This document shows, piece after piece, positions 13,057 through 29,015 of a DNA stretch of 64,000 nucleotides. This DNA is from Octopus vulgaris. Lineage: Eukaryota. The translations under genes and the position numbers were made by a program. Under the pieces are notes generated by a model, which did no database searches, was not told the origin of the DNA, and saw nothing but the letters and a program-made list of their open reading frames with translations. Within the stretch, counting starts at the first letter, position 1. Each line of letters starts with the position of its first letter. Location: contig OX597818.1 in NCBI GenBank assembly GCA_951406725.2, forward strand, positions 60,574,001 through 60,638,000, given 5' to 3'.

Positions 13057-13466
13057 AAGGCGAGCGAGCTGGCAGAACCGTCAGCACGCCGGGCGAAATG
13101 CGTAGCCGTATTTCGTCTGCCGTTACGTTCTGAGTTCAAATTCCGCCGAGGTCGACTTTGCCTTTCATCCTTTCGAGGTCGATTAACTAAGTAGCAGTTA
13201 CGCACTGGGGTCGATATAATCGACTTAATCCATTTGTCTGTCCTTGTTTGTCCTCTCTGTGTTTAGCCCCTTGTGGGTAGTAAAGAAATAGGCATTTCGT
13301 CTGTCTGTACGTTCTGAGTTCGAATTCCGCCGAGATCGACTTTGCCTTTCATCCTCTCGGTGTTAATAATTTAAGTACCAGTTGCGTACCGGGGTCGATC
13401 TTATCGACTGGTCCTCTCCGCACCCCACTAAAAAAAAATTTGTGCCTTATACCTAGAGTAGAAAAG
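13057..13466 (+). mobile_element. SINE family A, dimeric
   Basis: Two body units. 12-bp TSD aatatcatttta at 13045-13056 and 13467-13478. Confidence 0.9.
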
Positions 13467-13799
13467 AATATCATTTTATAGTTAGCTTATGGGGAAAATT
13501 GCAAAAGGACTTCAAGTGCCTTTACATTTTAATTTTAACGACTTCAAAGCCGCCTTTGTACGTGATATTAAGGAAGGCTCTCTTGGACAAGATGACTGGA
13601 TTAGGAATGGTTCTTTAGATCTTTGGAAATAGCAAAATGTGTGGAATTACATGAAGAGAAGTTGGAATAGGGTTCGGAATTCCTGCAGAAATACAGAAAT
13701 AAGTGGATTACTCTATTACTGCAAGAATTCTCCAGTTATTCCTATAAGTTTAGAGTCTATGAATTAGACACAGTGAATGATTAAAGGAAACGTTACCTA

Positions 13800-14172
13800 C
13801 ATGCGTTTAATATGCACGTGAGTCGGATATAATTAGGATGGTTGAGGAATGTCCAGTCAAACAAACTCTCACGATATCCTTTGGGCATAAATTCGTTACT
13901 CAGGAGTAACGAATTTATGCATTCAATTGGCGTATCAAGTTTCGGGCATTTTGATTAGGTTTTGGTTAGAAAATTCACAAAAAAGTCACTTCTATTGATT
14001 TTTTAATGGCTTTGTGGGGTGACTGGGGAAATGTAAAGATATGCACGACCACCCTTGGACGGTTTTAAATCACCATAGAAAGTGCGAGCTCTCTAACTAA
14101 AAAATTGTGGATTTGTATAAAGGACACACACACAGACACACAGACAGACATTTTGCCGTTTATATAGAGAGA
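13800..14172 (-). mobile_element. Helitron-like element, 5' part
   Basis: Minus-strand start A^TCTCTCTATATAAACGGCA matches the 41159 element. Internal perfect palindrome at 13884-13920. 3' end not resolved. Confidence 0.55.
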
Positions 14173-14321
14173 TGTGCGATTGATCTCAAGTGATATATCC
14201 TCCGTAATATTATGAAATGTAAAACAGTATATCACCTGTGGACATACACACACACTCACTGATACATATGCGCGCGCAGGCACACACACACATCTATATA
14301 TAAGACAACATGTATATATAA

Positions 14322-14550
14322 GAGGTGGTGAGCTGGCAGAAACGTTAGCATGTCGGGCGAGATGCTTAGCGGTATTTCGTCTGCCGTTACGTTCTGAGTT
14401 CAAATTCCGCCGAGGTCAACTTTGCCTTTCATCCTTTCGGGGTCGATTAAATAAGTACCAGTGAAACACTGAGGTCGATGTGATCGACTTAATCCATTTG
14501 TCTGTCCTCGTTTTTCCCCTCTATGTTTAGCCCCTTGTGGGTAGTAAAGA
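14322..14550 (+). mobile_element. SINE family A
   Basis: Head to tail. Flanking atgtatatataag is repeated. Confidence 0.85.
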
Positions 14551-15552
14551 GTAAATATGTATATATAAGTCAACATGTATATATAGTTATATTGGTGTAT
14601 TTTAAAAGAGTCATGTTACGAAGTCCGTAAAGTCACTGGGTGTTATGTATCTAAACATATTTTTCTATACTACTCCTAGAAATATTTGTTTCATCATCTC
14701 TTTGATATTGTCAATGGATTTAAATGGATGTTTAACATTTTCTGATTTAAAAACCAATACATGTTGTACACTACTTGAGAGGCATTGTATGATAGCACAA
14801 CAACAACCACAAACTATATAGATTAAACAGCGCGCTGTTTAAACGGGGAAAAAAATTGCAGAAAATTAGAGAGGATACAATGAAAATAAAGAAATAACTG
14901 TAATCGCTGAACATGACGTAGAGAAACACAATGGCTCGATATATAATGTTGAGAGTAAAAATTCTGTGAAAGTATCCTAAAAACTCTGTATTAAGAAAGA
15001 TTGCGGAAGCTGTGCAAATACGTAAAGCGTATTCTGACCTACGCGCAGCTAAACGAAAAAAATGCATAGAGCAACATCACCCCTGTAGCTAGCATAAGGA
15101 TACAATTAGTGTAAAACCATCAAATGTGAAACGTCAAATATACGCGCACACATACACATACACAGGCACACACTACTGCGCTCAACCACAAACAAGTGTT
15201 ATGTTGACAACAACAAAAAGAAGGAAAAAAAACAGATAAATAAATAATACTGCTACCACCTCACGCCTGCTATGGTGTTGTAACACGGCAAGATATTCTT
15301 AAGAAAATCGAGATCGTCATTTGGAAAAAGAAATCTATACTCATGGAAATTGTCACCGAGATAATGTAACGAAATACATTTTTAAGGGAAAGAGCAAGGA
15401 TATAGGGAAGCAAAAATGGTAAGGGTGTTTATAGGCTTTCAATAATGTGGGTTTCTGAATATATATCAACATTAAGATCAACATACACACATGCATCGAT
15501 CTCATTTCAAAATTCGGGGAAAACGAACTAAAGAACGAAATATATATATACG

Positions 15553-15589
<37 letters not shown>

Positions 15590-15796
15590 CGATATACATG
15601 CTTACATAGATGTGTATATACACACACACACACACATATATATATATACATATTTATATAGTGTATACATATATATATATGTATGTATATATATATATAC
15701 ACGCACATATATATACACATATAATAGATACATATATATATACACACACATATATATACATATATGTGCATATATGTATATATATATGTATATATA

Positions 15797-15838
<42 letters not shown>

Positions 15839-16393
15839 TGTGTATATCGTTCTTTAACATATATATATAAGATATACATATAATTAAAATGTAGAAAATA
15901 GAAAAAAACACAATGACGAGGTAAAAAAATACACAAAATATGGTGTATTAGGTTTATATTCCGGAAAATTGAAAGAAATCTTTTATGTTTCCAACATACG
16001 CTCTTCTTCATAGAGAAAAGGCGAGCAAAGAAGAACGGGACAGACAAAACAATAAAGGTATATCAATTAGAGAGTCACTGTATGTTGCAGTGACCAGAAG
16101 AGGAAGAGGGCGCTAGGCATATGAGTGTCAAGGGAGACAACAGGGAAGTGATATGGGACGTGGGTTGCTAGAGAGACCGCAGTGATCTGGTGCCAACGGT
16201 GACGACGTGTGTGTGAGATGAAACCGGTGTGTGAGTATGCCGTTGATGCGTGCGTGTGTATTAGTACTTATGGCCGCGTGTGCGGCGTGTGTAAGCAAGC
16301 ACATGTGCGTGTGTGTGAAGCTAATGTGTGGACCTATACTCCATGTGTATGGTTGCATGTATATATGTGTGTTACTATTTTGTGCGTCATACA

Positions 16394-16424
<31 letters not shown>

Positions 16425-16427
16425 GAT

Positions 16428-16545
16428 GCGCGTAAGCTAAAAACGTAAAAGACTTTCTCATTTTCCCGGGCGTCAAACCATTACATCTGCTTGTTGTTCA
16501 TACACCGCTATTCGTCCTTTGTTTTCCTGTGAATTTCGATTACAT
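16428..16545 (+). mobile_element. PLE-derived pLTR fragment (family of 17475/31520)
   Basis: aacgtaaaagactttc..cccgggcgt..cacc..ttcgtcctttgtttt aligns to 31590-31700. Confidence 0.5.
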
Positions 16546-16645
16546 ATATATATATATATGAATTAGAGATAAAACCACTATTAAATTTGATTTAATACTA
16601 AATTGAATTTTTCCCTGTAAGTTTGGAGTTATACTCCCTAATATT

Positions 16646-16686
<41 letters not shown>

Positions 16687-16689
16687 AAT

Positions 16690-16884
16690 CTTTTCTGCTA
16701 TAAGCATTTGGGGGAGGTGGATAGTCGATTACATCGACCCGGTACTTAACTGGTACTTATTTCGTCGACTCCGAAAAGATGAAAGACAAAGTCGATTTTG
16801 ACGGAATTTGAACACAGGACGTAAAGACGGACGAAATACCGCTGAATATTTCGCCTGGCATGCTAACGATTCTGCCAGCTCACC

Positions 16885-16885
<1 letters not shown>
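16690..16885 (-). mobile_element. SINE family A, diverged
   Basis: gtcgattacatcgaccc..gatgaaagacaaagtcga..tgctaacgattctgccagctcacc. Confidence 0.75.
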
Positions 16886-16941
<56 letters not shown>

Positions 16942-16942
<1 letters not shown>

Positions 16943-17316
16943 TAAATAAAATGAGACAACAAAGCCTAGGCTGTGTGAAATTTTCAGGACATTCATAAAG
17001 AGGAAGTTTGTTTTACAGCTGTTTCTGGGATATTAGGAATATCCCTTCATCAGAGACGATGTGAGATGATGGTTAAATAGAGGGAAACGTAGAGTTTAAT
17101 ATACAGAGTTATTTTAGAAAGGATGAAAATAATGAGTGTAGAGGGAAATAGGAGAATGAAAGTAGAAAATAAAATATATAAAGATTTTATAGTTGAATTT
17201 CCATTAGCCAAGGAAAGTAGTGTTTAGACACAGAAACGGCTGTAAGACTAACTTTCTCTTTATAAATATCTTAAAAATTCCACACACTCTCGGCTTTATG
17301 GTCTCATTCTATTTAA
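16942..17316. mobile_element. PLE-derived element with inverted termini and a hammerhead motif
   Basis: 16942-17026 and 17231-17316 are inverted repeats. Hammerhead at 17010-17057 (-). Related to 62690-62820. Confidence 0.65.
17010..17057 (-). ncRNA. Minimal type I hammerhead ribozyme motif
   Basis: GUCU CUGAUGA A GGGAUAUU-CCU-AAUAUCCC A GAAAC AGCU GUA AAAC; palindromic stem III (ACAGCUGU). Confidence 0.7.
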
Positions 17317-17474
17317 CATATACATGCTCATACAAGACTCGCACTAGACTCCTCAGTCGTATCATTATCGAACAGTGTTTAACTACGGTCTTTCCATAGC
17401 ACTTACATAGCCTTATCTAACACCTAGGGTCTGCTGGATACCAACACCTCTCATATATATATATATATATATAT

Positions 17475-17685
17475 AACGAGAAGCTTTATGAAAATAAACA
17501 AAAGACGAAGGCAGGTGGAATACAAACAAACAATTGTATTAGTATGGCGCTCAGGAATATAAATAACACAAGTCTTTTACATTTCGAGGCTACGCTCTTC
17601 AACAGAAAGATACACAGAAAAGAAACACGGAGAGAAACAAGGAGAGAAAAAAATGCGTGCAGAAGCTAGCGATTCAACATGGCGA

Positions 17686-17690
<5 letters not shown>
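17475..17690 (-). mobile_element. PLE-derived pLTR fragment between (TA)n tracts, with a hammerhead-like core at 17574-17609
   Basis: Minus strand CUUU CUGUUGA A GAGC GUAG CCUC GAAAU GUA AAAG. Homologous to 31520-31710. Confidence 0.55.
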
Positions 17691-17741
<51 letters not shown>

Positions 17742-17860
17742 CCATTACAGATATAGGGTGTAATATAATTAATTTAATAAAATCAATAAATTTCACCTAG
17801 TAGTTTTTCGGTATGGAAAAGGGCCATATTCGGTAAAAACTTATACACAGAGTTTTTTTT

Positions 17861-18170
17861 ATATATAATTATAACAATTAGAGTTTAGCAACAAATTGCT
17901 TGACCACATACCGAAAATTTTAGAAATAGCAGCCAAAAGACTACTATTTCCTTTCTCTACAAAAATATGTCTCCACAGACAACAATATTTGTAACTCACA
18001 CATGGAAAAAAGAAGAAAAATAATGAAATCAAACAGTCTTCGATTAATTATTGTTGTCTGTGGAGACATATTTTTGTAGAAAAAAGAAATAGTAGTCTTT
18101 TGGCTGCTATTTCTAAAAATTTCGGTATGTGGTCAAGCAACTTGTTGCTAAACCCTTATTGTTATAATTA
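17861..18170. mobile_element. Fold-back element (~125-bp inverted arms)
   Basis: Arms 17861-17987 and 18049-18170 are reverse complements, embedded in TA repeats. A single arm recurs at 24940-25003. Confidence 0.8.
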
Positions 18171-18185
18171 TATATATATATGTAA

Positions 18186-18249
<64 letters not shown>

Positions 18250-18417
18250 GGTTTATTGGCTAAACTGGCAATATGACCATTCCGAAATATAACAATATGT
18301 ATATATATATATATATATTAATAAATTTTAGGGTAGCAAAAAATTCTAGAAAGATTCTCCGCTACCAGCGGTTAAGTGAGAAAGAAAAAATAGTCAATAG
18401 ACTATATGATATACATT

Positions 18418-18597
18418 CAAACATATAAGGGATGGCTATAACAGAACATCCGACTCACTAGAAAGAGCAGCTAAACTCCAAACCACTAATAGTTGTAATT
18501 CTGAAATGGAAAGAGAAATAAAATATCAGTGGTTTGGAGTTTAGCTGCTCTTTCCAGTGAGTCGGAAGTTCTATTATAGCCATCCCTTATATGTTTG
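18418..18597. mobile_element. Fold-back element (~70-bp inverted arms)
   Basis: 18418-18487 and 18528-18597 are reverse complements. Confidence 0.8.
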
Positions 18598-18656
<59 letters not shown>

Positions 18657-18933
18657 TGTGTTGACTTTGTACTTTTATGGTCTTGCATGAATGAGTTTTA
18701 AATAGGATACGCAAATGATGAAAGCCCAGGTCTTTCCTGGCACCGAAGAAAAGATTTAGTCTCTTTGATTCACTTTTGAATATACGCAGAATTAGTTCTG
18801 CTCTGTAAACTTTTAGGTACCACAGCAATAACATAAAAAACGTAGGAAGAAAATCAAAGGAATCTTTATGCTGCCGTTCGATCTGTTGAAATAGCATCAA
18901 AATCTCCGTCATTGGAAGAAGAAGAAAACTGGC

Positions 18934-20198
18934 TCTCCGTCGGTTACGACGATCCAGTTGATCCGATGAACGGACCAAACTAATCGTGAAATTAAATGTG
19001 CAAGTGGCTGAGCATTGCACAGACACGCCTACCTATTTCTTTATTACCCACAAGGGGCTAAACACAGAGGGGAAAACAAGGACAGACACATGGATTAAGT
19101 CGATTATATCAACCTCAGTGAGTAACTGGTACTTAATTTATCGACCCCGAAAGGATGAAAGGCAATGTCGACCTCGGCGGAATTTGAACCCAGAACGTAA
19201 CGGCAGACGAAATACCTATTTCTTTACTACCCACAAGGGGCTAAACACAGAGGGGACAAACAAGGACAGACACACGGATTAACTCGATTATATCAACCCC
19301 AGTGCGTAACTGGTACTTATTTAATTGACTCCGAAATGATGAAAGGCAAAGTCGACCTCGGCGGAATTTGAACCCAGAACGTAACGGCAGAGGAAATACC
19401 TATTTCTTTACCACCCACAAGGGGCTAAACATAGATGGGACAACCAAGGACAGACCTAGGTATTAAGTCGATAACATCGACCCCAGTGCGTAACTGGTAC
19501 TTATTTAATTGACTCCGAAATGATGAAAGGCAAAGTCGACCTCGGCGGAATTTGAACCCAGAACGTAACGGCAGAGGAAATACCTATTTCTTTACCACCC
19601 ACAAGGGGCTAAACATAGATGGGACAACCAAGGACAGACCTAGGTATTAAGTCGATAACATCGACCCCAGTGCGTAACTGGTGCTTAATTTATCGACCCC
19701 GAAATGATGAAAGGCAAAGTCGACCTCGGCGGAATTTGAACCCAGAACGTAACGGCAGAGGAAATACCTATTTCTTTACCACCCACAAGGGGCTAAACAT
19801 AGATGGGACAACCAAGGACAGACCTAGGTATTAAGTCGATAACATCGACCCCAGTGCGTAACTGGTGCTTAATTTATCGACCCCGAAAGGATGAAAGGCA
19901 AAGTCGACCTCGGCGGAATTTGAACTCACAACATAACGCAGACGAGATACCGCAAAGCATTTCGCCCGGCGTGCAAACACTTCTGCCAGCTCGCCGCCTT
20001 TAACGTAGTTCTCAGAAGAGATGCAGCATGAAACGGTTGGCCTGTTTGAATGACAGGTGCAACTCCTTGTTTGCCAGCTGTATAAACTAGAGCAACGTGA
20101 AATAATGCCTTTGTCAAGGACATAATGCGCCACCGGAAATCGATCTCATAACATTTCGAATGTGAGCTGAATGCCCAAACTGCTAAGCCACGCGCCCT
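18934..20198 (-). mobile_element. Old D-head/B-tail SINE split by the family A array
   Basis: Tail 18934-19033 and head 20001-20198 rejoin at cagacacg..acc / taacgtagttctc. Confidence 0.7.
19034..20000 (-). mobile_element. SINE family A pentameric tandem array (~184-bp period)
   Basis: Unit starts tatttcttta at 19034, 19217, 19401, 19585 and 19769, with a single head at ~19950-20000. Confidence 0.9.
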
Positions 20199-20232
20199 CT
20201 GATGGAAAATATATGAATGAAAATATAATAAA

Positions 20233-20488
20233 TAATAAATGTGCCCTTTTTAAAGCCTAGCCAGGCTCATGGGCCCGCTTTCCCGGTTTCAATAGCGTAT
20301 GTGTTCCCCAGCTGGACGGGACGCCAGTCCATCACAGTGTTACTCATTTTTGCCAGCTGATTTGACTGGAGCAACGTGAAATGAAGTGTTTTGCTCAAGA
20401 ACACAACGCGTCGCCTGGTCCAGGAATCGAAACCATAATCTTACGATCATGATGCTGACACCCTAACCACTAAGCCACTCGCCTCCAC
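20233..20488 (-). mobile_element. SINE family D
   Basis: Reverse complement of the 55170 copy. Flanking gaatgaaaat is repeated. Confidence 0.9.
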
Positions 20489-21088
20489 GAATGAAAATTA
20501 TACAATGAGTGTTATATAATAATATGGGGTGACCATCTTAAGTCGCTTTTGATGGTAGACCTGTTCAATCAAAGCTAACTCTGAATAAAAAACAAAACAT
20601 CAAGTGAATATTGTTTTTAAAGTATAAAGAAATACAAGGGCGGAAAAGAAGTGAATATTAGAAATCGGATTGAATTTCTCAGTAAAAATATGATCATATT
20701 CCGTAATGTAGATGAAAGGAAAGCCTGAGTAGAGTGGGTTTTATAGAAGAAGAAAAAAATCATTTATGGCCATGCGTAGCAAGAGAAATTTCTGAGTTGT
20801 GAGAGACGAAGAGATGACAGAATTGTGATGTGGAAAAAATAAACTGGGAAACTCTCAATATGCAAGCAACGTCTCTTTAGATCTCCTGTAATGATATGTA
20901 TGTGTGCGTGCGTGTGTGTGATGTGGGATGTGCGTGCGTGTGGTGTGTGTGTGTATGTGTGTCTTTGTATGCGTTTGTGTGTGTAAGCGATGGTATATTC
21001 ATTATATATGTCAGTGTATAAATATTTATTTTCCTCCATAAGATAAGGTATTTTTCAATATTCCGTGTAAGTATATCTATGCGTGTAT

Positions 21089-21214
<126 letters not shown>

Positions 21215-21719
21215 GCACATACTTACATGCATACATTGATTGGATGCGTTCAAACATACATAAACACATAAATATACATACATACATACATACATACATA
21301 CATACATACATACATACATACATACATGCATACATACATACATACATGGATGCATACATAGAAAGGCAAATACAAGAGAACTATCAATAGAATATAAAAT
21401 TCGAAAAAAACTACATGCAAAGATAAAAACAGAACCGGGCAGACATGCTCAACACACACACATACACATATTCTATACACACATATGGATATATATATCA
21501 GCTTGTGTATAAATATATAATTTATATTTGTAAGTTTTGTGGCAACAATATCTCTCTCTATTTTTACTTCTGCCTCCGTCTTGATTTATTATTTTCCTTT
21601 TACTTTCTACGACTGTTTCTTTTCCATTCTTTGTCGGCCCAAATTTTTTCCTCGCCATTTTGTTTTTTCTTTATTTCCATTTTATTTCTCTTATTTTCTC
21701 TTCTTTTATCCCCGTGACA

Positions 21720-21990
21720 GTAAATTGGCCAATTCCTTCTTTGAGTTTTCTATAAGCTATTCTTCTTTAGTGGCCCTTCCCTTGAGTCTTGTCCATTCTT
21801 TTGTTCTTCCTATATGGTTAAAGATCTTCATTCTATTTTCCATTGTTACCATTCTTGCTGTGGCATATATCAATTTGATTCTTGTTGGCTATTTACTAGT
21901 TGCTATGGCTGAGACAATTTTATCGCCACTTCAAGTCCTTGATGTTAATGTCTTGCAGTATTTTACATTGAATAATTGCATCCTTTTTAT
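21720..21990 (-). pseudogene. Possible R4/Dong-type ORF N-terminal remnant
   Basis: Minus translation IKLIYATARMVTMENRMK...W.RL resembles the N.LIYA.A..V...G.K...W.RRL region. Heavily decayed. Confidence 0.35.
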
Positions 21991-22529
21991 ACGGTATTTA
22001 TCAAGGAGTGTCTGTTTTGCTTCTTCTATGCTATGCTGCTATCTTTAGTTCCTTCACAATTTTTATCTATTTTATGTTCTCCATTGCACTTGATTTTTTA
22101 TTCTTTTTTATGTGTTCCATATTTGTACATATGCCTTGTTCAGCATTTAACATCTCTCTCTTTCTTTCTCTCATCTTTCTCGCTGTCTCTGTCTCTCTGT
22201 TTTTTCTCTCTTTCTCTCACCGCCTTACTTACTATTCAGAAGAATAGTGGTATTGTAAATATGGTTCCCATTAAGTTACATTAGCACCAAACCAATCTTA
22301 TTTCCTCAATGAGCCTACATTCAAAAGACGCCAACTGCATATCAGAATAGTATTTAACTTTCCAAATGATAGAGTTTGGCATTGTTCCACTTCTTATACA
22401 ATCAGAAGAACTTCTTACTTCTTGCATGATTTTATTGAGACTAGAACAGGTTGACTTCCACTGTAGGAAAACTGTGCAAATATTTAGACTTTGGTACATT
22501 GCAGAATAAAATATTTGAAATACAGTGAG

Positions 22530-23110
22530 CTGCTGGCTTTTGTTAACTATGTTGATGTATTAAACGATTTTAATAACAAACAACTGAAGAAGTCGAAGAT
22601 TCCGAGAAATCATGATATTTCATAGAGTTGTATCATTATCTTATCACAATATGCAAAAACTGGCTGCCGTGTTAAACTTAACTGGAAGGAAATAGATTTC
22701 TTTAACACATACTCTGTTGTGAGGAAATAGTACATGCGATTTATCACCTGACATCTTTCTTACTCTGATCAACTGTGTAAAGCAGAGGGTTAGTTGCAGC
22801 TGATTGAGACATTACATGGCAAATAGCCAGCGGACGGATTTGAATTTCACTGATATCATAGCACCTATGGCTAATAAACTGTCAACTCGGTAACACATGA
22901 TCAACAAACTCAATGAATCTGCAGCAAAAATCGGCATAAAACGGACATCAACTCGAAAAATATAAACACAAAATAGAACAAACAAAAGCGAAATTCCAAA
23001 TTCAAGAAGTATGGCAGCTCAAACAACGATGTAATACGAATTGATAACACCTTCTTGTACTGCGGCAGTTACTAAACAAGAAAATGGTGATGTGAACGGT
23101 AAGCACTACA
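22530..23110 (+). pseudogene. RTE-clade reverse transcriptase remnant
   Basis: TDLNFTDIIAPMANKLSTR*HMINKLNESAAKIGIK corresponds to DLDFADDIAL...M...L...A.KIGL. Downstream FLYCGS resembles F.YLGS. Confidence 0.65.
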
Positions 23111-23454
23111 TGTTCATAGATAAGCCATCTATTATAAGCGTAGTGTTCAATTATTCAATGTGGAAGTTGAACTAAGAAAGGAAAATAATGCTGTACATGG
23201 TAGTAATGGAAGCAAGAAAGCGAAAAACAAGAATCTTTCACTGACTGAATTTAGATTCTGTCACTGTTGATTTATGGTGATCTTCGAGGAAAGACTGGGT
23301 GGATGAGGAACAAACGAAGAACTACGCAGAGCAACGCAACGACCATTATCTACAGTATATAATAAACATTGAACATTATTGAACTAAAGAGGGCGCTACT
23401 ACATGGTCGGTCATCCTGTTATAGATAGCAACCGAATTTTTACACACGCACAAA

Positions 23455-23912
<458 letters not shown>

Positions 23913-24094
23913 TAAAAACTAAAAATAAGAGACTAAAAATAAGCCTAAAGACTAAAGACTAGAAATAAGAGATCAAATCACTAGATTTCAGAAAAAGACA
24001 AAAGAAAACGAACGACACATAAGATCAGGCGGTTCTAGAAACACCGAGACGGTTTGTTTACTAAGGTTAATTGTTTGAAAATCTTTTGTCCTTT

Positions 24095-25290
<1,196 letters not shown>

Positions 25291-25671
25291 ATAAACCCAT
25301 TGAATGGAAGGTGACCCAGAGATAAAAATGAAAGCTATGCTCTAGTTGGTCTGTACTTTAGGGGACTGAACTTGGCGAGAATGATGGAAGGCTTTTAAAC
25401 AAATACTTAGCTCAAAAAATAAGCGTTAAAAATAACAAGAAATAAAAAGAAAGAGAACAAAATAGTGGCACCCATTGCTATCAGAAATGGAACGAGAGAC
25501 AACGATTTTGTCAGACGTTAATTTATAGACCAACATATTGCTAATGTCACCGATAAAGGTGGCTTCAGTCCAATTGTAGTAGGTCTGTGTTTCTGTGTTT
25601 GCACGTAAGTATATATGTATGTGTTTGGGAGACAAAATAGGTGCATATGTCCGGTATATATAAATTACATA

Positions 25672-25841
<170 letters not shown>

Positions 25842-25916
25842 GCTATAAATGTGAATACATGCAAACATATATTATATACAGATATATATATATACATACA
25901 TATATATATATGTAAC

Positions 25917-25960
<44 letters not shown>

Positions 25961-25971
25961 GTAAAATCTCA

Positions 25972-26009
<38 letters not shown>

Positions 26010-26131
26010 GTATATATAACTATGAATATAAATACACACGCGAACACACACATATATATCTACAGAGCAAGATATATATATATATATATTTATGCATATG
26101 TATGTATGTAGGTCTGTACTTATGAGTATGT

Positions 26132-26173
<42 letters not shown>

Positions 26174-26204
26174 AAGTAGATGTATGTGTGTGTATATACA
26201 TACA

Positions 26205-26261
<57 letters not shown>

Positions 26262-26549
26262 TATATAAATATACATATATGTATATATATATATATGTAT
26301 GTATGCATATATATATATATATACATAAATATATAGAAATATCATATGTATGTAATTGGGAATGGCTCCATAGGCCAATAAGTTCAGCATCCAAGGTTTG
26401 TTATATTGTATTTTGAAATCTATATATCATATTTGGCAGAAATATTTCTTACCCTTGTAATTACTCACATTTTTCATCATTTTCTCCATGTAATATAAAT
26501 GCGTATACACACACATACACACACACAGACGTAGACATACATATACACT

Positions 26550-26606
<57 letters not shown>

Positions 26607-26978
26607 GTATGTATGCATGTATGTGTCTGCGTGTGAGTGTGACTTCTAAATTAATAACCAAGATTATAATCTAAACATTAGGTGAATATATATGAGGGAG
26701 TGTGTGCATGTAGCAGTAGTTTTATATGCAGGCGTGTAAATACAGACGTGTGTATACGCATGTCCGTATATGATGTATAATATATAGATATGTATATAAA
26801 GATATATACCTAGACACACACAAATATATATATATATATGCATGCATATACATATAAATATATATATATACATATATACATATATGTATATATGTATGTA
26901 TGTATGTATGTATATATATATATATATATATGAATATATTTACATATATGTATGTATGTATGTATATATATATATGAA

Positions 26979-27011
<33 letters not shown>

Positions 27012-27018
27012 TTTTAGG

Positions 27019-27060
<42 letters not shown>

Positions 27061-27290
27061 TACACACTGTCTAAGCACAACACAGCGTGTGACAGAAATA
27101 TATAATATTTTATTAGTTAAAAATTGCCCCTGGCGTATCTTGAAGGCCTTCCATTTCGTGCTTCGGCCCAACAGTCTCTGCTGTAACAAAATCAGCTATT
27201 TTTTGAAAACACAAACACACACACACGTGCGCGTGCATATTCATATGTGTGTGTTTGAGTGTGTACATTCTTACATACATATATATGTAC

Positions 27291-27327
<37 letters not shown>

Positions 27328-27691
27328 TGCGTATATTTTCAACTGCACATTTATGTCTGTTTTTATAATTTGATATATGTGTATAATATGTGTGTGCATG
27401 TGTGTGTGTGTATATGTGAGTGTGTGTGTGTGCGTCATGTGTTTGTATTTGTACATGTATCTATCGATCCATCGATCTATCTATTTGTGCGTGTGTATGT
27501 ATGCATTATATATATGTATTATGTATGTATGCATTTATGTATGTATGTGTATGTTTAAATATGTATGTACGTATGTGCAAGTGATCCCCCCACCCAAAAC
27601 ACACACACATACGCACACACTCACACACACATACACACACACACACATGCGTTTGGGTATATGCTTATGTGTGTTTGTATTATATTTGTAA

Positions 27692-28050
<359 letters not shown>

Positions 28051-28579
28051 GATTTGTATGTACTACCAGAAATACCCGGTAGTACCTAAGGAATCAAGAT
28101 CCTAACTCATTTAATATTGGTTTATTGTATTATTTCTATTCCCGTGGTGATGTTCAATATTTCATTATTTTGAATCACAGCTTCTAGAATTTTCCCTACG
28201 TATTGCATCTGTGAAATTTTTACGAAATCCTTCACTCGAAGTAGTCCACATTATTTCATATAAGCTTTATTTATAATCAACATTGTAATCTATAATCAAT
28301 ATTATCATTATCAATACTCACGTTTATAAATTGAATTCATGATATCTATTTAGTATTTTCCACTATAACTGTTAGGAGTCATTTGTCGCCGTTTTGCTTT
28401 AGTTTCAAATTCTCGGCAGCATTTCTGTCTTGAGAGACGCAATTATACCGAAACACCGGTGTGCCAGAGTTCGCTACGTTGGTAGGGTTGTTTCTCAGGA
28501 ATGAAATCCAACAGCGAATCGTATGTTACTCTCCTGTTTCATGTTATTATCCTTATTAAGCCTAAGAATACATAAATTC

Positions 28580-28918
28580 ATTTGGATAAGCTTTTCCACA
28601 CTCGCTCCTACTCAACGAATTTAGCATTTACGGATTATTGCTTGTTTCTATCGTCAGGGAATTTTAGAAAGATCATTCAAAAACAAAGATGGTGGAAGAA
28701 AGGTGACGTCAAAATTTTTTTCGACAAAAGAAAACTAAAGCAAAAAAGACATAAGAACATAATTTTGCTTAACGACTAATCGAAAATTTGTTTTCCTGTT
28801 GGGCGGCAATCATTGATAATGGCGGTCATTATGTTATTAATAACTGGTATTTAATTAAACTTAAATAGTATTTTCCTCTTCGTCTTGATAATAGGTAATT
28901 ACTTTTGGAACACCTTAA
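28580..28918 (+). pseudogene. mariner transposase C-terminal remnant with 3' TIR
   Basis: HTRSYSTNLAFTDYCLF corresponds to HPPYSPDLAPSDY.LF; later CWAAIIDNGGHYVIN*. Ends taattacttttggaacaccttaa^TA. Confidence 0.7.
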
Positions 28919-28923
28919 TACAC

Positions 28924-29015
<92 letters not shown>

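Noticed and set aside
19034-19951. CRISPR-like periodic array
   Set aside because: Whole ~184-bp units repeat with no unique spacers; eukaryotic SINE multimer.
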